Shown piece after piece: positions 21,891 to 31,697 of a stretch of 64,000 nt of DNA (within the stretch, counting starts at the first letter, position 1; each line of letters opens with the position of its first letter). The DNA is from Bacilli bacterium (GTDB taxonomy: Bacteria; Bacillota_I; Bacilli_A; RFN20; CAG-826). Below the pieces are notes generated by a model, which ran no database searches, was not told the DNA's origin, and was given only the letters and a program-made list of their open reading frames with translations. The stretch covers positions 2,961 to 66,960 of the forward strand of contig JAZRZI010000008.1 in assembly GCA_045601325.1 (NCBI GenBank). Reading direction: 5' to 3'. The translations under genes and the position numbers were made by a program.

Positions 21891-23150
21891 TTAGCGTTTC
21901 CTTGTTCTAAATAATCTCTCTACATCCGCAATTTCTTTAGCAATGTTTTTAGAAAGGTTAATAGCTCTACCATTAGAAATTAAGATATCATCTTCGATAC
22001 GAACACCGATACCTAAATCAGAGAAATATAAACCAGGTTCAACTGTAATAACATTTCCATTTTCTAATGGTTTACTTCTATCTGAAATATCATGAGTATC
22101 TAAACCCAAGTGATGAGAAATGTTATGGAAATAAATTTTCTTCATATCAAATTCCTCATCGATAAGGCCTAGACGTAAGCATTCACTTCTTAAGCACGCG
22201 ATAGTGAATTCTTGCAATTCTTTAATTGTTTGGCCTTCTCTAATATGTTCAATAACTGCTTTGTTTGTGTTTAAAACAGCTTCGTAAACATCTCTTTGTT
22301 TTCCTTCGAATACTCCATTAACTGGATATGTACGAGTGATATCAGCGGAATAACCGTTTGTCTTATAGCCTAAATCGCATAACACTAAATCATTAGGTTT
22401 AATAACATCGGTTTGAGTTGGGTAATGCAAACATGTACCATTTTTTCCACTAGCAATAATTGTGGAGAATGATAAATCATGTCTACCATGCTTTCTACCA
22501 TAGAACTCAAACTCATCGGCAACTTCATATTCAAGTAGACCTGGTCTAAGATTGATAATCAAGTTATTTAAACCCATGTTAGTAGCATTAATAGCGTCGA
22601 CAATGTTATCGATTTCTTCGGGAGTTTTAACCATCCTTATATTTCTTAATAAAGGATAAGCATCTAAAACTTCAATATGTGGGTATTCCAAACCAATATA
22701 TTCTTTATAGTTAGTTGTGCTATAAGCATCTTTAATTTTAAGTTCAGGTGCTAAGTCAATATATAGTTTATTGATTTTACCATAGGTATTGTTCTCAGCC
22801 GCTAAAACTAGAGAAAGCATTTGTTCGAAAGAAGAAACTCTAAATGTAGATTCAATATTTGAATCTCTAACAGCTTCCTCGATTGTTAATAAATGACCAG
22901 TCCATTTTTCTTTGACTGGATCGTTTTCGTGAATAAATAAATAAGTATGTCTCACTCCAATACCTTTAACCATCATCAAGATAGAATCTTCTTGTTGAAT
23001 ATTAGTGAGGTAAAAGAAGTTTCTATTTGAAACAAACTTATAATTTTCATCTTCACTAACGATTTTGCTCACGCCAGAAAATAAGACACAGGCAGAGTTT
23101 TCATCCATTAGTGAGAATAATCTATCACGTCTATTTGATAACTCAGACAT
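21891..23150 (-). CDS. M24-family Xaa-Pro aminopeptidase
   Basis: Metal-binding HNISHHLGLDTHD and EPGLY motifs. Confidence 0.8.
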   Translation of the reverse strand: MSELSNRRDRLFSLMDENSACVLFSGVSKIVSEDENYKFVSNRNFFYLTNIQQEDSILMMVKGIGVRHTYLFIHENDPVKEKWTGHLLTIEEAVRDSNIESTFRVSSFEQMLSLVLAAENNTYGKINKLYIDLAPELKIKDAYSTTNYKEYIGLEYPHIEVLDAYPLLRNIRMVKTPEEIDNIVDAINATNMGLNNLIINLRPGLLEYEVADEFEFYGRKHGRHDLSFSTIIASGKNGTCLHYPTQTDVIKPNDLVLCDLGYKTNGYSADITRTYPVNGVFEGKQRDVYEAVLNTNKAVIEHIREGQTIKELQEFTIACLRSECLRLGLIDEEFDMKKIYFHNISHHLGLDTHDISDRSKPLENGNVITVEPGLYFSDLGIGVRIEDDILISNGRAINLSKNIAKEIADVERLFRTRKR

Positions 23151-23151
23151 A

Positions 23152-23997
23152 TCATTCTTCCTCCTTTAAAATTGCTTCAACTGCACTAGAAATTTCAGGC
23201 AAATCAATGAATTCTGCCATACCTTTATCAACTAAAGAAGTGTTCTCACTATTTAAAGGTAACTTAGCAAGTACATTGAAATTCATTTGCTTAGCAAAAT
23301 CCTCGAGGTGAGATTCGCCGAATATCTTTAGTTCTTTGCCACAATCTGGACATCTGTAATAGGACATATTTTCGATAACACCTAATACATTAATTTTCAT
23401 CATGTTAGCCATCTTAAGTGCTTTAGTAACAATCATAGATACTAAATCTTGAGGCGAAGTAATAATGATTAAATCATCAACAGGCAACATTTGAAAAATA
23501 GTTAAAGCGACATCTCCAGTTCCTGGAGGCATATCGATAAGAAGAAAGTCCAATTCTTCCCATAAAACTTCTTCATAAAATTGTTTAACTAAATTGCCAA
23601 GCAATGGACCTCTCCAAACGATTGGATCACTATCATCCTCTAATAAGAGGTTAGCGGAAATAACTTTAATTCCTAATCTAGTTTCAATAGGGTAGATAAG
23701 ATTATCTTCACCATAAGCTTTTTCTTTAATGCCAAAGGCTTTAGGAATGCTTGGTCCTGTAATATCAGCATCAAGAATGCCTACTTTATATCCTTCTCTT
23801 CTTAAAGAAACCGCTAATAATGAGGTGACATATGATTTACCGACACCACCTTTTCCTGAAAGTACACCGATTACTTTCTTAATATGTGAACGGTCATTCA
23901 ATTTAGCTTTGACAATTTTGCTGCCACAGCCCTCTGACATACCACAATGTTCACAATCATGATTGCATTCTGACATATAATTCCTCCTATAGCTCAA
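23152..23997 (-). CDS. Mrp/ApbC/NBP35-family Fe-S cluster carrier ATPase
   Basis: Deviant Walker A GKGGVGKS, a CxxC pair, and an N-terminal Cys cluster (CNHDCEHCGMSEGCGS). Confidence 0.85.
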   Translation of the reverse strand: MSYRRNYMSECNHDCEHCGMSEGCGSKIVKAKLNDRSHIKKVIGVLSGKGGVGKSYVTSLLAVSLRREGYKVGILDADITGPSIPKAFGIKEKAYGEDNLIYPIETRLGIKVISANLLLEDDSDPIVWRGPLLGNLVKQFYEEVLWEELDFLLIDMPPGTGDVALTIFQMLPVDDLIIITSPQDLVSMIVTKALKMANMMKINVLGVIENMSYYRCPDCGKELKIFGESHLEDFAKQMNFNVLAKLPLNSENTSLVDKGMAEFIDLPEISSAVEAILKEEE

Positions 23998-24364
23998 CTA
24001 ACTGAGCGTTATTAATAACATCAATACCGGATTGTAAGTATGTTCTAAGTAACCTAGAAGCACCAAGCTTAACTCCTCCAAAATATCTAGCCACAAACAC
24101 CACGACGTTGTTCAAATCCTTTTTGTGCAAAAATTCTAATAATGGTCTACCGGCTGTTCCTTTTGGTTCTTGGTCATCACTAGACTTGCTAGCCTGTCCA
24201 ATTCGATAAGCGTATGGAATGTGTTTGGCTTTGCTGTGTTCTTTTTTAATCTCAGTAAGCAAGGGTTTAAAATCATCAACATTTGAAATAGGCACTAATA
24301 TGGCCACAAATTTTGACTTCATAACTTCAAATGTTTTTTGACTTCTGGCTGTTACTGTTTTCAT
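23987..24364 (-). CDS. IMPACT/YigZ (UPF0029) family protein; N-domain only
   Basis: ARYFGGVKLGASRLLRTY signature, 125 aa. Confidence 0.55.
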   Translation of the reverse strand: MKTVTARSQKTFEVMKSKFVAILVPISNVDDFKPLLTEIKKEHSKAKHIPYAYRIGQASKSSDDQEPKGTAGRPLLEFLHKKDLNNVVVFVARYFGGVKLGASRLLRTYLQSGIDVINNAQLVEL

Positions 24365-24448
24365 ACTCCAATTAGTAGTAGTAACAAAGTTATTACTACA
24401 AATACCACTGTTTTTAGTGTATAGTTTTTAGTTGGAGAAATAAAGTAA

Positions 24449-25264
24449 ATGTTTTTCAAAAGACAAAAATGTGACATTTGTGGAGCACAATATGACTCCG
24501 TAGAAAAAGATTGTCCTACGTGTAATGCACCTAATAAAGCTTACAGAAAAGGCATATCAAAAACGGTTGTTTGGACACCTTGGTGGCATCAATTAATAAT
24601 GATTGCACTAGAATTTTTGTTTATGGAATTAATTTCCTTATTAGTGGCAAAAATAATCGTAATGGTTAATCCATCTATTGAAAAAGTATCATTTGTAATG
24701 CTCGCTAACTCACTTGTTTATTTATTGATGTTTTTAACATTTATTGGGATGAGCATTCCATATAGGAAGAAAGTGTTTAAGTCCTTTAATAGCGGATGGC
24801 TTCCATATGCAGTTGGTTTTTTGATGGGAATAGGATTAATCGTTTTGTCAATGATTTGGGGATCTATTGTTTCAGTATTTAGACCGGAAAACACCGGAAA
24901 TGAAAATCAACAAACAATTGTATCAATGGTCAGTGAATACCCACTAGGTTGCATAATTGTATTAGGATTTTTAGGACCAATTTGTGAAGAATTTTCATTT
25001 AGAGTTGGTCTATTTGGTTTAACCTCTAGAATAAATAGAATACTCGCGTATGTCGTAACAGCTTTAGTGTTTGGATTTATGCATTTCTCATTCACTTCTG
25101 AAGACATAGTAAACGAACTATTAAATATTCCTGATTATATATTTGCAGGTGTCATTTTGGCACTTACATATGACTTCCATGGCTTAGCTGCATCCACAAC
25201 CGCTCACGTGGTAAATAATGTATTCTCAGTTATTATGTCTATTCTTTTATCATTTTTAAATTAA
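24449..25264 (+). CDS. Zinc-ribbon plus CPBP (CAAX-protease) family intramembrane metalloprotease
   Basis: N-terminal CxxC..CxxC, followed by the CPBP motifs EEFSFR, FGFMH and HVVNN. Confidence 0.7.
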   Translation: MFFKRQKCDICGAQYDSVEKDCPTCNAPNKAYRKGISKTVVWTPWWHQLIMIALEFLFMELISLLVAKIIVMVNPSIEKVSFVMLANSLVYLLMFLTFIGMSIPYRKKVFKSFNSGWLPYAVGFLMGIGLIVLSMIWGSIVSVFRPENTGNENQQTIVSMVSEYPLGCIIVLGFLGPICEEFSFRVGLFGLTSRINRILAYVVTALVFGFMHFSFTSEDIVNELLNIPDYIFAGVILALTYDFHGLAASTTAHVVNNVFSVIMSILLSFLN

Positions 25265-25265
25265 T

Positions 25266-26150
25266 ATGGAAAACACACATAAAAAGTGGCAAATACTCAA
25301 TAATTTCGGTTTAAAAATAATCGCTTTGGTCACAATGACTATAGACCATCTAGGTATTTTTCTTGCCGAGATGTTTTTGACTTATAATGATCCATTAGTA
25401 TTAGCTTTTAGAAGTATTGGAAGACTAGCCTTACCATTATTTGCCTTTATGATTTATGAAGGGGTCAAACACACAAAACACTTTGGTAAATACATACTTA
25501 GACTAGGAATTATGTCCACCGCTGTATCCTTGGGTTTACTTGTCCTACATTTTGAAGATTTCGGTTTAACAGGAATCTCTTATGCGGGAAACATTTTCCT
25601 CGATTTATTATTAGCTGCTTTAGCGGCATATTTATTAAAGAAAGAAAAAGTGTGGCTAAAGTTATTATCATTACTTCCACTTGCTTATGGAATATTAAAT
25701 TTTGCTATAAATGCTTATGAGGGTTCACATGGCGGTATCGTTAATTGGTTGCCAGATGTGATTAGACTTCAATATGGATTTTACGCAATTGGAATAGTAA
25801 TGTTATTAACACTTGGTGGCTTTATAAAAAATGAACTTTTAAAAAGTTACGCAACGAAGATAGGAGCTGAAGAAAATTCGTTTATCGGAACGTCTTTTGA
25901 TACAACTTTAGAGACCATAATAAACGTCACAATGATCACAATCGCTTCATTAAGCCTATTTATTATTAAATTACTTATTGGTTACATTTTTATGTCTGTA
26001 CAAACATACTGCCTATTAGCGGGCGTATTCGTTTTGTTATATAATGGAAAACGAGGTTACAACAAGAAGTGGTTTAGCTTAGGCTGTTATCTATATTACC
26101 CACTACACTTAGGAATTCTTGCTTTAATCTTTTATTTAATTACTTTATAG
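25266..26150 (+). CDS. TraX-family membrane protein
   Basis: N-terminal KIIALVTMTIDHLG motif and a polytopic profile. Confidence 0.55.
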   Translation: MENTHKKWQILNNFGLKIIALVTMTIDHLGIFLAEMFLTYNDPLVLAFRSIGRLALPLFAFMIYEGVKHTKHFGKYILRLGIMSTAVSLGLLVLHFEDFGLTGISYAGNIFLDLLLAALAAYLLKKEKVWLKLLSLLPLAYGILNFAINAYEGSHGGIVNWLPDVIRLQYGFYAIGIVMLLTLGGFIKNELLKSYATKIGAEENSFIGTSFDTTLETIINVTMITIASLSLFIIKLLIGYIFMSVQTYCLLAGVFVLLYNGKRGYNKKWFSLGCYLYYPLHLGILALIFYLITL

Positions 26151-26160
26151 GAGAAATTTT

Positions 26161-26472
26161 ATGATCAAACACATTGAAACAGTTCAAGAATATGATGAAA
26201 TCATCGCTAATAATGAATTGGTGCTTGTAGACTTCTTTGCTACTTGGTGTGGTCCATGCAAAATGCTTGCACCAGTATTAGAAGAAGTTGATGAAAAGCA
26301 ATTAACAAATGCTAAAATTATTAAAGTTGATACGGATGAGTTTATTGAAATAGCAAGAAGATATAACATTCAAGCCATCCCAACATTGATTCTTTTCAAA
26401 AATGGTGTTTTATCAAATACATCACTTGGCTATTTAAATAAAAACCAAGTTATCTCATTTATAAATAAATAA
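26161..26472 (+). CDS. trxA: Thioredoxin
   Basis: WCGPCK active site, 103 aa. Confidence 0.9.
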   Translation: MIKHIETVQEYDEIIANNELVLVDFFATWCGPCKMLAPVLEEVDEKQLTNAKIIKVDTDEFIEIARRYNIQAIPTLILFKNGVLSNTSLGYLNKNQVISFINK

Positions 26473-26520
26473 TTGTTATTTTGGTTGCGTTAGTAATATA
26501 ATATAACACGCTACCGAATT

Positions 26521-26594
26521 GCAGGCGTAGTTCAGTGGTAGAACATCAGCCTTCCAAGCTGATTATGCGGGTTCGATTCCCGTCGCCTGCTCCA
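26521..26594 (+). tRNA. tRNA-Gly (anticodon UCC)
   Basis: Cloverleaf identified manually: acceptor GCAGGCG/CGCCTGC, anticodon stem TCAGC/GCTGA, loop CTTCCAA, T-loop TTCGATT, encoded CCA. Confidence 0.85.
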
Positions 26595-26604
26595 GAGACA
26601 AAAA

Positions 26605-26636
26605 ATCGTTGGATAACTTCATTCCAACGTTTTTTA
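26605..26636 (+). terminator. Rho-independent terminator after trxA/tRNA-Gly
   Basis: cgttgga-N9-tccaacg followed by TTTTTT. Confidence 0.6.
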
Positions 26637-26708
26637 TTTAATGAGTAAGCCAATAAAATGGATTGGACATAATTTAAACTTTTTTTATAATTTTATATAG
26701 GTATCACT

Positions 26709-27311
26709 ATGAACTTTGAATTAATACTAGCAACATCTAACAAACATAAAGTCCAAGAGGTAAGAAAAATATTATCTCCACACGGTATAATTGTATATGG
26801 TTTAAATGATTTAAACCTTAAACCAGAGGAAGTAATTGAAGATGGCGTTACTTATCAAGCTAACGCTCTAAAAAAGGCCCAAAGTGTGCAAAAACTAACT
26901 TCTATGCCAATCATCGCTGATGATTCAGGTATTGAAGTAGAAGCTTTAGATAATAAACCAGGTTTGCATTCTGCAAGATTTGCGGAAAGCGAAGGTGGCT
27001 ATATTAATGCGATGAATAAAATCATCAAAGCCACAAAAGACAAAAACAATAACAATGCAAGATTTGTTTGCGACATCGTTTTATTAAATGTTGACGAAAA
27101 ACCACTATTATTTGAAGGCATAGCTAACGGGCACATCAAAAATGAAATAATTGGTGATTCCGGATTTGGATATGACCCTATATTCTATTACGATGAATTA
27201 GGCAAAACTTTTGCAGAATTAACTGAAGATGAAAAAAATAAAGTCTCGCACAGAGCAAGAGCTTTAAAGAAATTATTAACTTATCTTAAGATTAATCAAT
27301 TAATCAAGTGA
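26709..27311 (+). CDS. rdgB: Non-canonical purine NTP pyrophosphatase (RdgB/HAM1)
   Basis: ILATSNKHK and FGYDPIF motifs. Confidence 0.85.
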   Translation: MNFELILATSNKHKVQEVRKILSPHGIIVYGLNDLNLKPEEVIEDGVTYQANALKKAQSVQKLTSMPIIADDSGIEVEALDNKPGLHSARFAESEGGYINAMNKIIKATKDKNNNNARFVCDIVLLNVDEKPLLFEGIANGHIKNEIIGDSGFGYDPIFYYDELGKTFAELTEDEKNKVSHRARALKKLLTYLKINQLIK

Positions 27312-28363
27312 CGATAACGTTTAAGAATAGTTTTAAATGCTAAGTGAAAAATCATACAGACTAATCCACCTAGTAAAAATACACCTGCGCCTATGAGAAA
27401 ATACATAGACCAGGTTTTTTCTTTAAAGAAAATGAATGAACAAATAAGACCGGCGGTAAATAAATAAAAGACAATAAATAATGGCAAAGAACCACGTGAT
27501 GCTTTGTAAATACCAATATTATTAGGGTAGATATTATTGGAAATAATTTTAATATGTTTTGCTTCTTCATCTAGTGTCGCGTTAACAACTTTAGTTGGGT
27601 TTCGTTTTGGCTCTTCATCGTTTCTTGCAATCATTGCCTTGCCTAATGCATTAAAACCAACGAATTTATAAGTAAAGCCTTCCATAGTTGGTTGTTTCTT
27701 TTCTAGATATCGTTTTGATTTTTCAACATCATCGATAATATCTTGGTGATATTTTTCTACTTCCTTGCTAACTGAATTAGGATCTAATTTTTGCATTGAA
27801 AGCTCATATAACGCTAATAAAGATTCTCTTGCCTTTAAAAGTTTGTGATTCTTCTCAAAATAGAGTTTTAAACAATCTGCGTCATAGAAATATGATCTAT
27901 ATGAAAGCTTCTTATAAACAAGATACTCGTATTCATCTAAACCAATAGAACATTTGTTCATAAATAAGAACAATGAGTTCAAGTCCGACATTTTAGAAAA
28001 ATAAGATGCGTAATCATTTCCTAACATTAAAGTAAATTCTTCAAATCTATCTCTTCTAAGAGTGGACATGTATAAGAGAGATAAAAGTCTACCGAATCTA
28101 GCTTCTATAGATTCTGGATCAAACGCTAAAATATTAGCAAACATTTCATATGCTTTACCATAATCTTTAACACCATAAAGAATCTTTTTTGCTTTAACAA
28201 CTTTGTTGTGAAGCATAGTTTCATAGTTAGAAATAGCTTCACCAGTGGTGAGTTCGGCCATACAATGAGGGCAATAACAAACCTTTGCAGAACTATTCAC
28301 ATCAAAAATTGCGTTGGTGAATTCTTCAGGATGACAATGTGTACAATAACCTTTTTTAAGACT
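27296..28363 (-). CDS. Hypothetical protein with an N-terminal zinc ribbon, a helical repeat region and a C-terminal double TM
   Basis: CTHCHPEEF...CYCPHC, with two hydrophobic helices at the C-terminus. No enzymatic motif found. Confidence 0.35.
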   Translation of the reverse strand, partial: SLKKGYCTHCHPEEFTNAIFDVNSSAKVCYCPHCMAELTTGEAISNYETMLHNKVVKAKKILYGVKDYGKAYEMFANILAFDPESIEARFGRLLSLLYMSTLRRDRFEEFTLMLGNDYASYFSKMSDLNSLFLFMNKCSIGLDEYEYLVYKKLSYRSYFYDADCLKLYFEKNHKLLKARESLLALYELSMQKLDPNSVSKEVEKYHQDIIDDVEKSKRYLEKKQPTMEGFTYKFVGFNALGKAMIARNDEEPKRNPTKVVNATLDEEAKHIKIISNNIYPNNIGIYKASRGSLPLFIVFYLFTAGLICSFIFFKEKTWSMYFLIGAGVFLLGGLVCMIFHLAFKTILKRYRHLIN

Positions 28364-28367
28364 CATA

Positions 28368-29054
28368 CTAAAATACCGGTGCAAAAACTATTAGACCATA
28401 AACGATAAGGAATTGGCCTACTAAATATGTAATCATGATTGGAAGATCTCTTCTTCTAAAATCATGGACGTAAGTTGAGATGATAACAAGCACATCACTG
28501 ATGAAGAATAAAACATAGCCCACTAATAACATAATGCTAGCAAAGAATTCATCTCCACCTTTAGGTGCATTCTTAATAACTAAATAAACTGTAGAACCAA
28601 TTAATGCGACTAAAAGAAACATATAGAAGTTTCCTTCTAATGTAGGTAATCCACACATTTTGTGATTGAAAATAAATAGAATTAAAGATAACGCAATAAT
28701 GACTCCAAATCCAATGAGATACATAGTCACATTAGTGCATTCAAGAATAAATCTATTAATTGCAAAGAAAAGACATAGGTGTCCAATTAAAAATAAAGTT
28801 GTTCCAATAAAATAACTTGTTTTCTTGTGAACTTTAATAAGGAAAAAGTCACCGACACACGCTAAATAGAAAGGAATATATACAAGCGGATTAGAAGGGA
28901 CAGCAATAGTTAACGCAACCGCTAAAAATAAAACGCAAAAAGGTTTAGTAAACTTTTTAAGTTTTTCTTTTTCGAATAAGCAGAACATAATGTGCACTAA
29001 GGCATATGCTCCGAATAGTGTGAATAGAATCAATATAGGCAATTCGAGTTTCAT
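28368..29054 (-). CDS. YhhN-family (lysoplasmalogenase-like) membrane protein
   Basis: Polytopic, with conserved GD, GH and SD positions (CVGDFFL, LIGHLCLF, FISDVLV). Confidence 0.5.
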   Translation of the reverse strand: MKLELPILILFTLFGAYALVHIMFCLFEKEKLKKFTKPFCVLFLAVALTIAVPSNPLVYIPFYLACVGDFFLIKVHKKTSYFIGTTLFLIGHLCLFFAINRFILECTNVTMYLIGFGVIIALSLILFIFNHKMCGLPTLEGNFYMFLLVALIGSTVYLVIKNAPKGGDEFFASIMLLVGYVLFFISDVLVIISTYVHDFRRRDLPIMITYLVGQFLIVYGLIVFAPVF

Positions 29055-29122
29055 AAGTTCTTATATTATATATAAAGAAAATAATTTAATAAAGTAAATT
29101 ATATTTGGGTTATAATAGACCC

Positions 29123-30178
29123 ATGAAATTTAACGTAAACGAACAAGAAAAAAGCAAAATATATGCATTATTAGAAACTAAGGAAATGAACATCATTGTT
29201 GCAGACATGCTTCAAGCATTCTTTTCTTACGTAGATGCAGTTAAAGGGGTTACCACCACTGACGATTACATTTCCAGTATGTGTGACTTTTGGGAAATCG
29301 ACATGAATAACCAAGAAAATATAGACATCTTGTTCGATAGAGTTATAAAAGAATTGAAAGAATTGAACGATAAGGATTTAAAGAATAACCCTTATTTTAA
29401 AAACATAAACATAAAGCCAGTTAAAATTGGTAATTACTATCTTGGTTATGACACATATTATCCATATCAAGGCTTTGCCTATGATGATTTATCATATCTA
29501 GAATATTACTTAGAAATTTCAAAAGTTGGATATTATTCAAAGGAAGTTAAGTATCCAGTTTTAAAACATAATAAAGATGTCTGGATGAGCATTACTCCTA
29601 ATGAAATTGCCACTATGCAAAATTCAATCGATGAAGCTAATGGCAAAGTTTTAGTTGTTGGCCTTGGTTTAGGATACTATCCATATATGATTTCATTAAA
29701 AAACGATGTTAAAGAAATAATCATTGTTGAAAAGGATAAGGATGTTATTGAAATTTTTAAAAAAAACATACTTCCTCAATTTTCACATAAAGAAAAAATA
29801 ACAATTGTGAATGATGATGCTTATAAATTCATCGAAAACAATAAAACAAAATTTGACTATGCTTTTATCGATATTTGGCATAATCCAAACGATGGGCTTC
29901 CTCTATACATCAAATTTAAACAAATCGAACATAATCTAGGTTCTATAAAAGTATCTTATTGGATTGAATCTTCAATATTGGAATTATATAGACGTTGTTA
30001 TCTCACAGTGGTTGAAGAACAGCTTGAAGGAATGGGTGAATCCAATTATCAAAAAGCTAAAAATGACATGGATAAATTGATTAACTCCATTTACCATAAA
30101 ACAAAAAACGTAACTATAAATAGTTACGCTTCGTTATTAGAATTATTAAGTGATAAAAATATTATTTTGAATATTTAA
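29123..30178 (+). CDS. Spermidine-synthase-fold (aminopropyltransferase-like) protein with an atypical nucleotide-binding loop
   Basis: GKVLVVGLGLGYY...EIIIVEKDKDVIEIFK...FDYAFIDIWHNPNDG matches the SpeE-like Rossmann layout. The GGGDG motif is degenerate. A TATAAT sits just 6 nt upstream of the ATG at 29123, so the mRNA may be leaderless or the start may be downstream. Confidence 0.45.
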   Translation: MKFNVNEQEKSKIYALLETKEMNIIVADMLQAFFSYVDAVKGVTTTDDYISSMCDFWEIDMNNQENIDILFDRVIKELKELNDKDLKNNPYFKNINIKPVKIGNYYLGYDTYYPYQGFAYDDLSYLEYYLEISKVGYYSKEVKYPVLKHNKDVWMSITPNEIATMQNSIDEANGKVLVVGLGLGYYPYMISLKNDVKEIIIVEKDKDVIEIFKKNILPQFSHKEKITIVNDDAYKFIENNKTKFDYAFIDIWHNPNDGLPLYIKFKQIEHNLGSIKVSYWIESSILELYRRCYLTVVEEQLEGMGESNYQKAKNDMDKLINSIYHKTKNVTINSYASLLELLSDKNIILNI

Positions 30179-31697
30179 ATTTGCTTGCTTTGAAAAATAA
30201 GTAATTTCTTTTCTCGTGTTTGAGAATTCTTTGAATTGCAAACATTCCAGTTGCTGCCGCTAAAGGTAAACCACCAGGAGATTGGCACCATTGAGAAGCT
30301 AAATAAAGGTTATTAATTCCATGGATATGACCACTATGCATCAAAATGCCGTTTTTAGATGTCACCATAAATGACATATAGCTGCCTTTATAAGCGTCTG
30401 TATACCTTTCAAAAGTTAAAGGAGATAAAGAATCTAAGTATTCAAAATCTTCTTTAGAGAATTCGGGATATTGGGAAACAATTTTAGAAACTATTTGATT
30501 GCTAATTTCTTTCTTTTTGGAATAATATGCATTTTTATCCTTATCAAAGATTTCTTTCCAATAATCATAAGAATCGTGATATTGCTCAACATAGACTTCC
30601 ATGACAGTTTTGCCATTTCTATCAAAATAATCATCGAATCCAAAACTTCTCATGACAATTGAATGCTGATTTTCTTTACCTATGGTAAGTCCATCTACAG
30701 GGAAATATTGATTATTTGTGTGGAATACAGAATCATATTTTTCTTTATCGACTGCATAATAAGCCAAGAAAGCACTTGGACAAGGGTTCTTGTCTGATTT
30801 GTCGAAACGTTTATTGAAAGGCTTGTTTTTATATTTACCTACTAAAAGTTTATTTAATAAAACATTTGCGTCAACCGCAGAGACGACATAGTCAGCTGCA
30901 ATAAACTCGCCATTATCCAAAGTAACACCTGTGGTTTTCTTTTTGTCAATGTTGATTTGAATTACAGGAGATTTAGTTCTAATAGTGCCACCTAATGAAA
31001 GATATCTTTCTTCCATATTATTTACTAAGCCTTTAGAAACCTTTTTAGGAATGCCTCCATTTTGATAAACGATGGTACCAAAACTATAAATCAAAGCATA
31101 TGCACTGCCAGGTCCTGGTTGAAATTGATTAAAGAAGAATCTTAGTATTGGGGATTTGAATTTTTTGCAATATTTTTCACAACTAGATGTAGCAATTCTC
31201 GCCATAAAGAATATGTAAGGAAATAGCTTGAATCCTGTCTTTAATAACCTACCAAAACTCATAGTATTAACTGGCTCAGTAAGTGGCAATGGAACATTCA
31301 TTATTTTTCTTAAGTCCTTAAAAAATCTATTGATTGCACGTTTGTCATTTGGGCCAACTCTTAAGAATTCTTCTTTAAGCTTTTTAGGATCAGCGTATAG
31401 AGTTAACTTTTCTCCTTGATAATCCATCACGCCAATTACCTTTTGAACAAAAATATTGTCATCATCAGTTATAACACCAAGATTTTTCCAAATGTTATAT
31501 AAATCTGTATCTTTATGAGTGCCAGTTAACCAGTGAACACATCCATCGATATGATAGCCTTTTCTTTCCCACCAAGTGCAAAGACCGCCAACTCTATCAT
31601 GTCGTTCTAAAACAATAGATTCGAATCCATTTTGTTGAGCGTATATTCCAGCAGAAAGACCGGAAATTCCCCCTCCAATAATTACTATTTTCTTCAT
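30162..31697 (-). CDS. FAD-dependent oxidoreductase (CrtI/amine-oxidase superfamily)
   Basis: N-terminal dinucleotide-binding fold KIVIIGGGISGLSAG...LERHDRVGG. Confidence 0.7.
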   Translation of the reverse strand: MKKIVIIGGGISGLSAGIYAQQNGFESIVLERHDRVGGLCTWWERKGYHIDGCVHWLTGTHKDTDLYNIWKNLGVITDDDNIFVQKVIGVMDYQGEKLTLYADPKKLKEEFLRVGPNDKRAINRFFKDLRKIMNVPLPLTEPVNTMSFGRLLKTGFKLFPYIFFMARIATSSCEKYCKKFKSPILRFFFNQFQPGPGSAYALIYSFGTIVYQNGGIPKKVSKGLVNNMEERYLSLGGTIRTKSPVIQINIDKKKTTGVTLDNGEFIAADYVVSAVDANVLLNKLLVGKYKNKPFNKRFDKSDKNPCPSAFLAYYAVDKEKYDSVFHTNNQYFPVDGLTIGKENQHSIVMRSFGFDDYFDRNGKTVMEVYVEQYHDSYDYWKEIFDKDKNAYYSKKKEISNQIVSKIVSQYPEFSKEDFEYLDSLSPLTFERYTDAYKGSYMSFMVTSKNGILMHSGHIHGINNLYLASQWCQSPGGLPLAAATGMFAIQRILKHEKRNYLFFKASKFKYSK

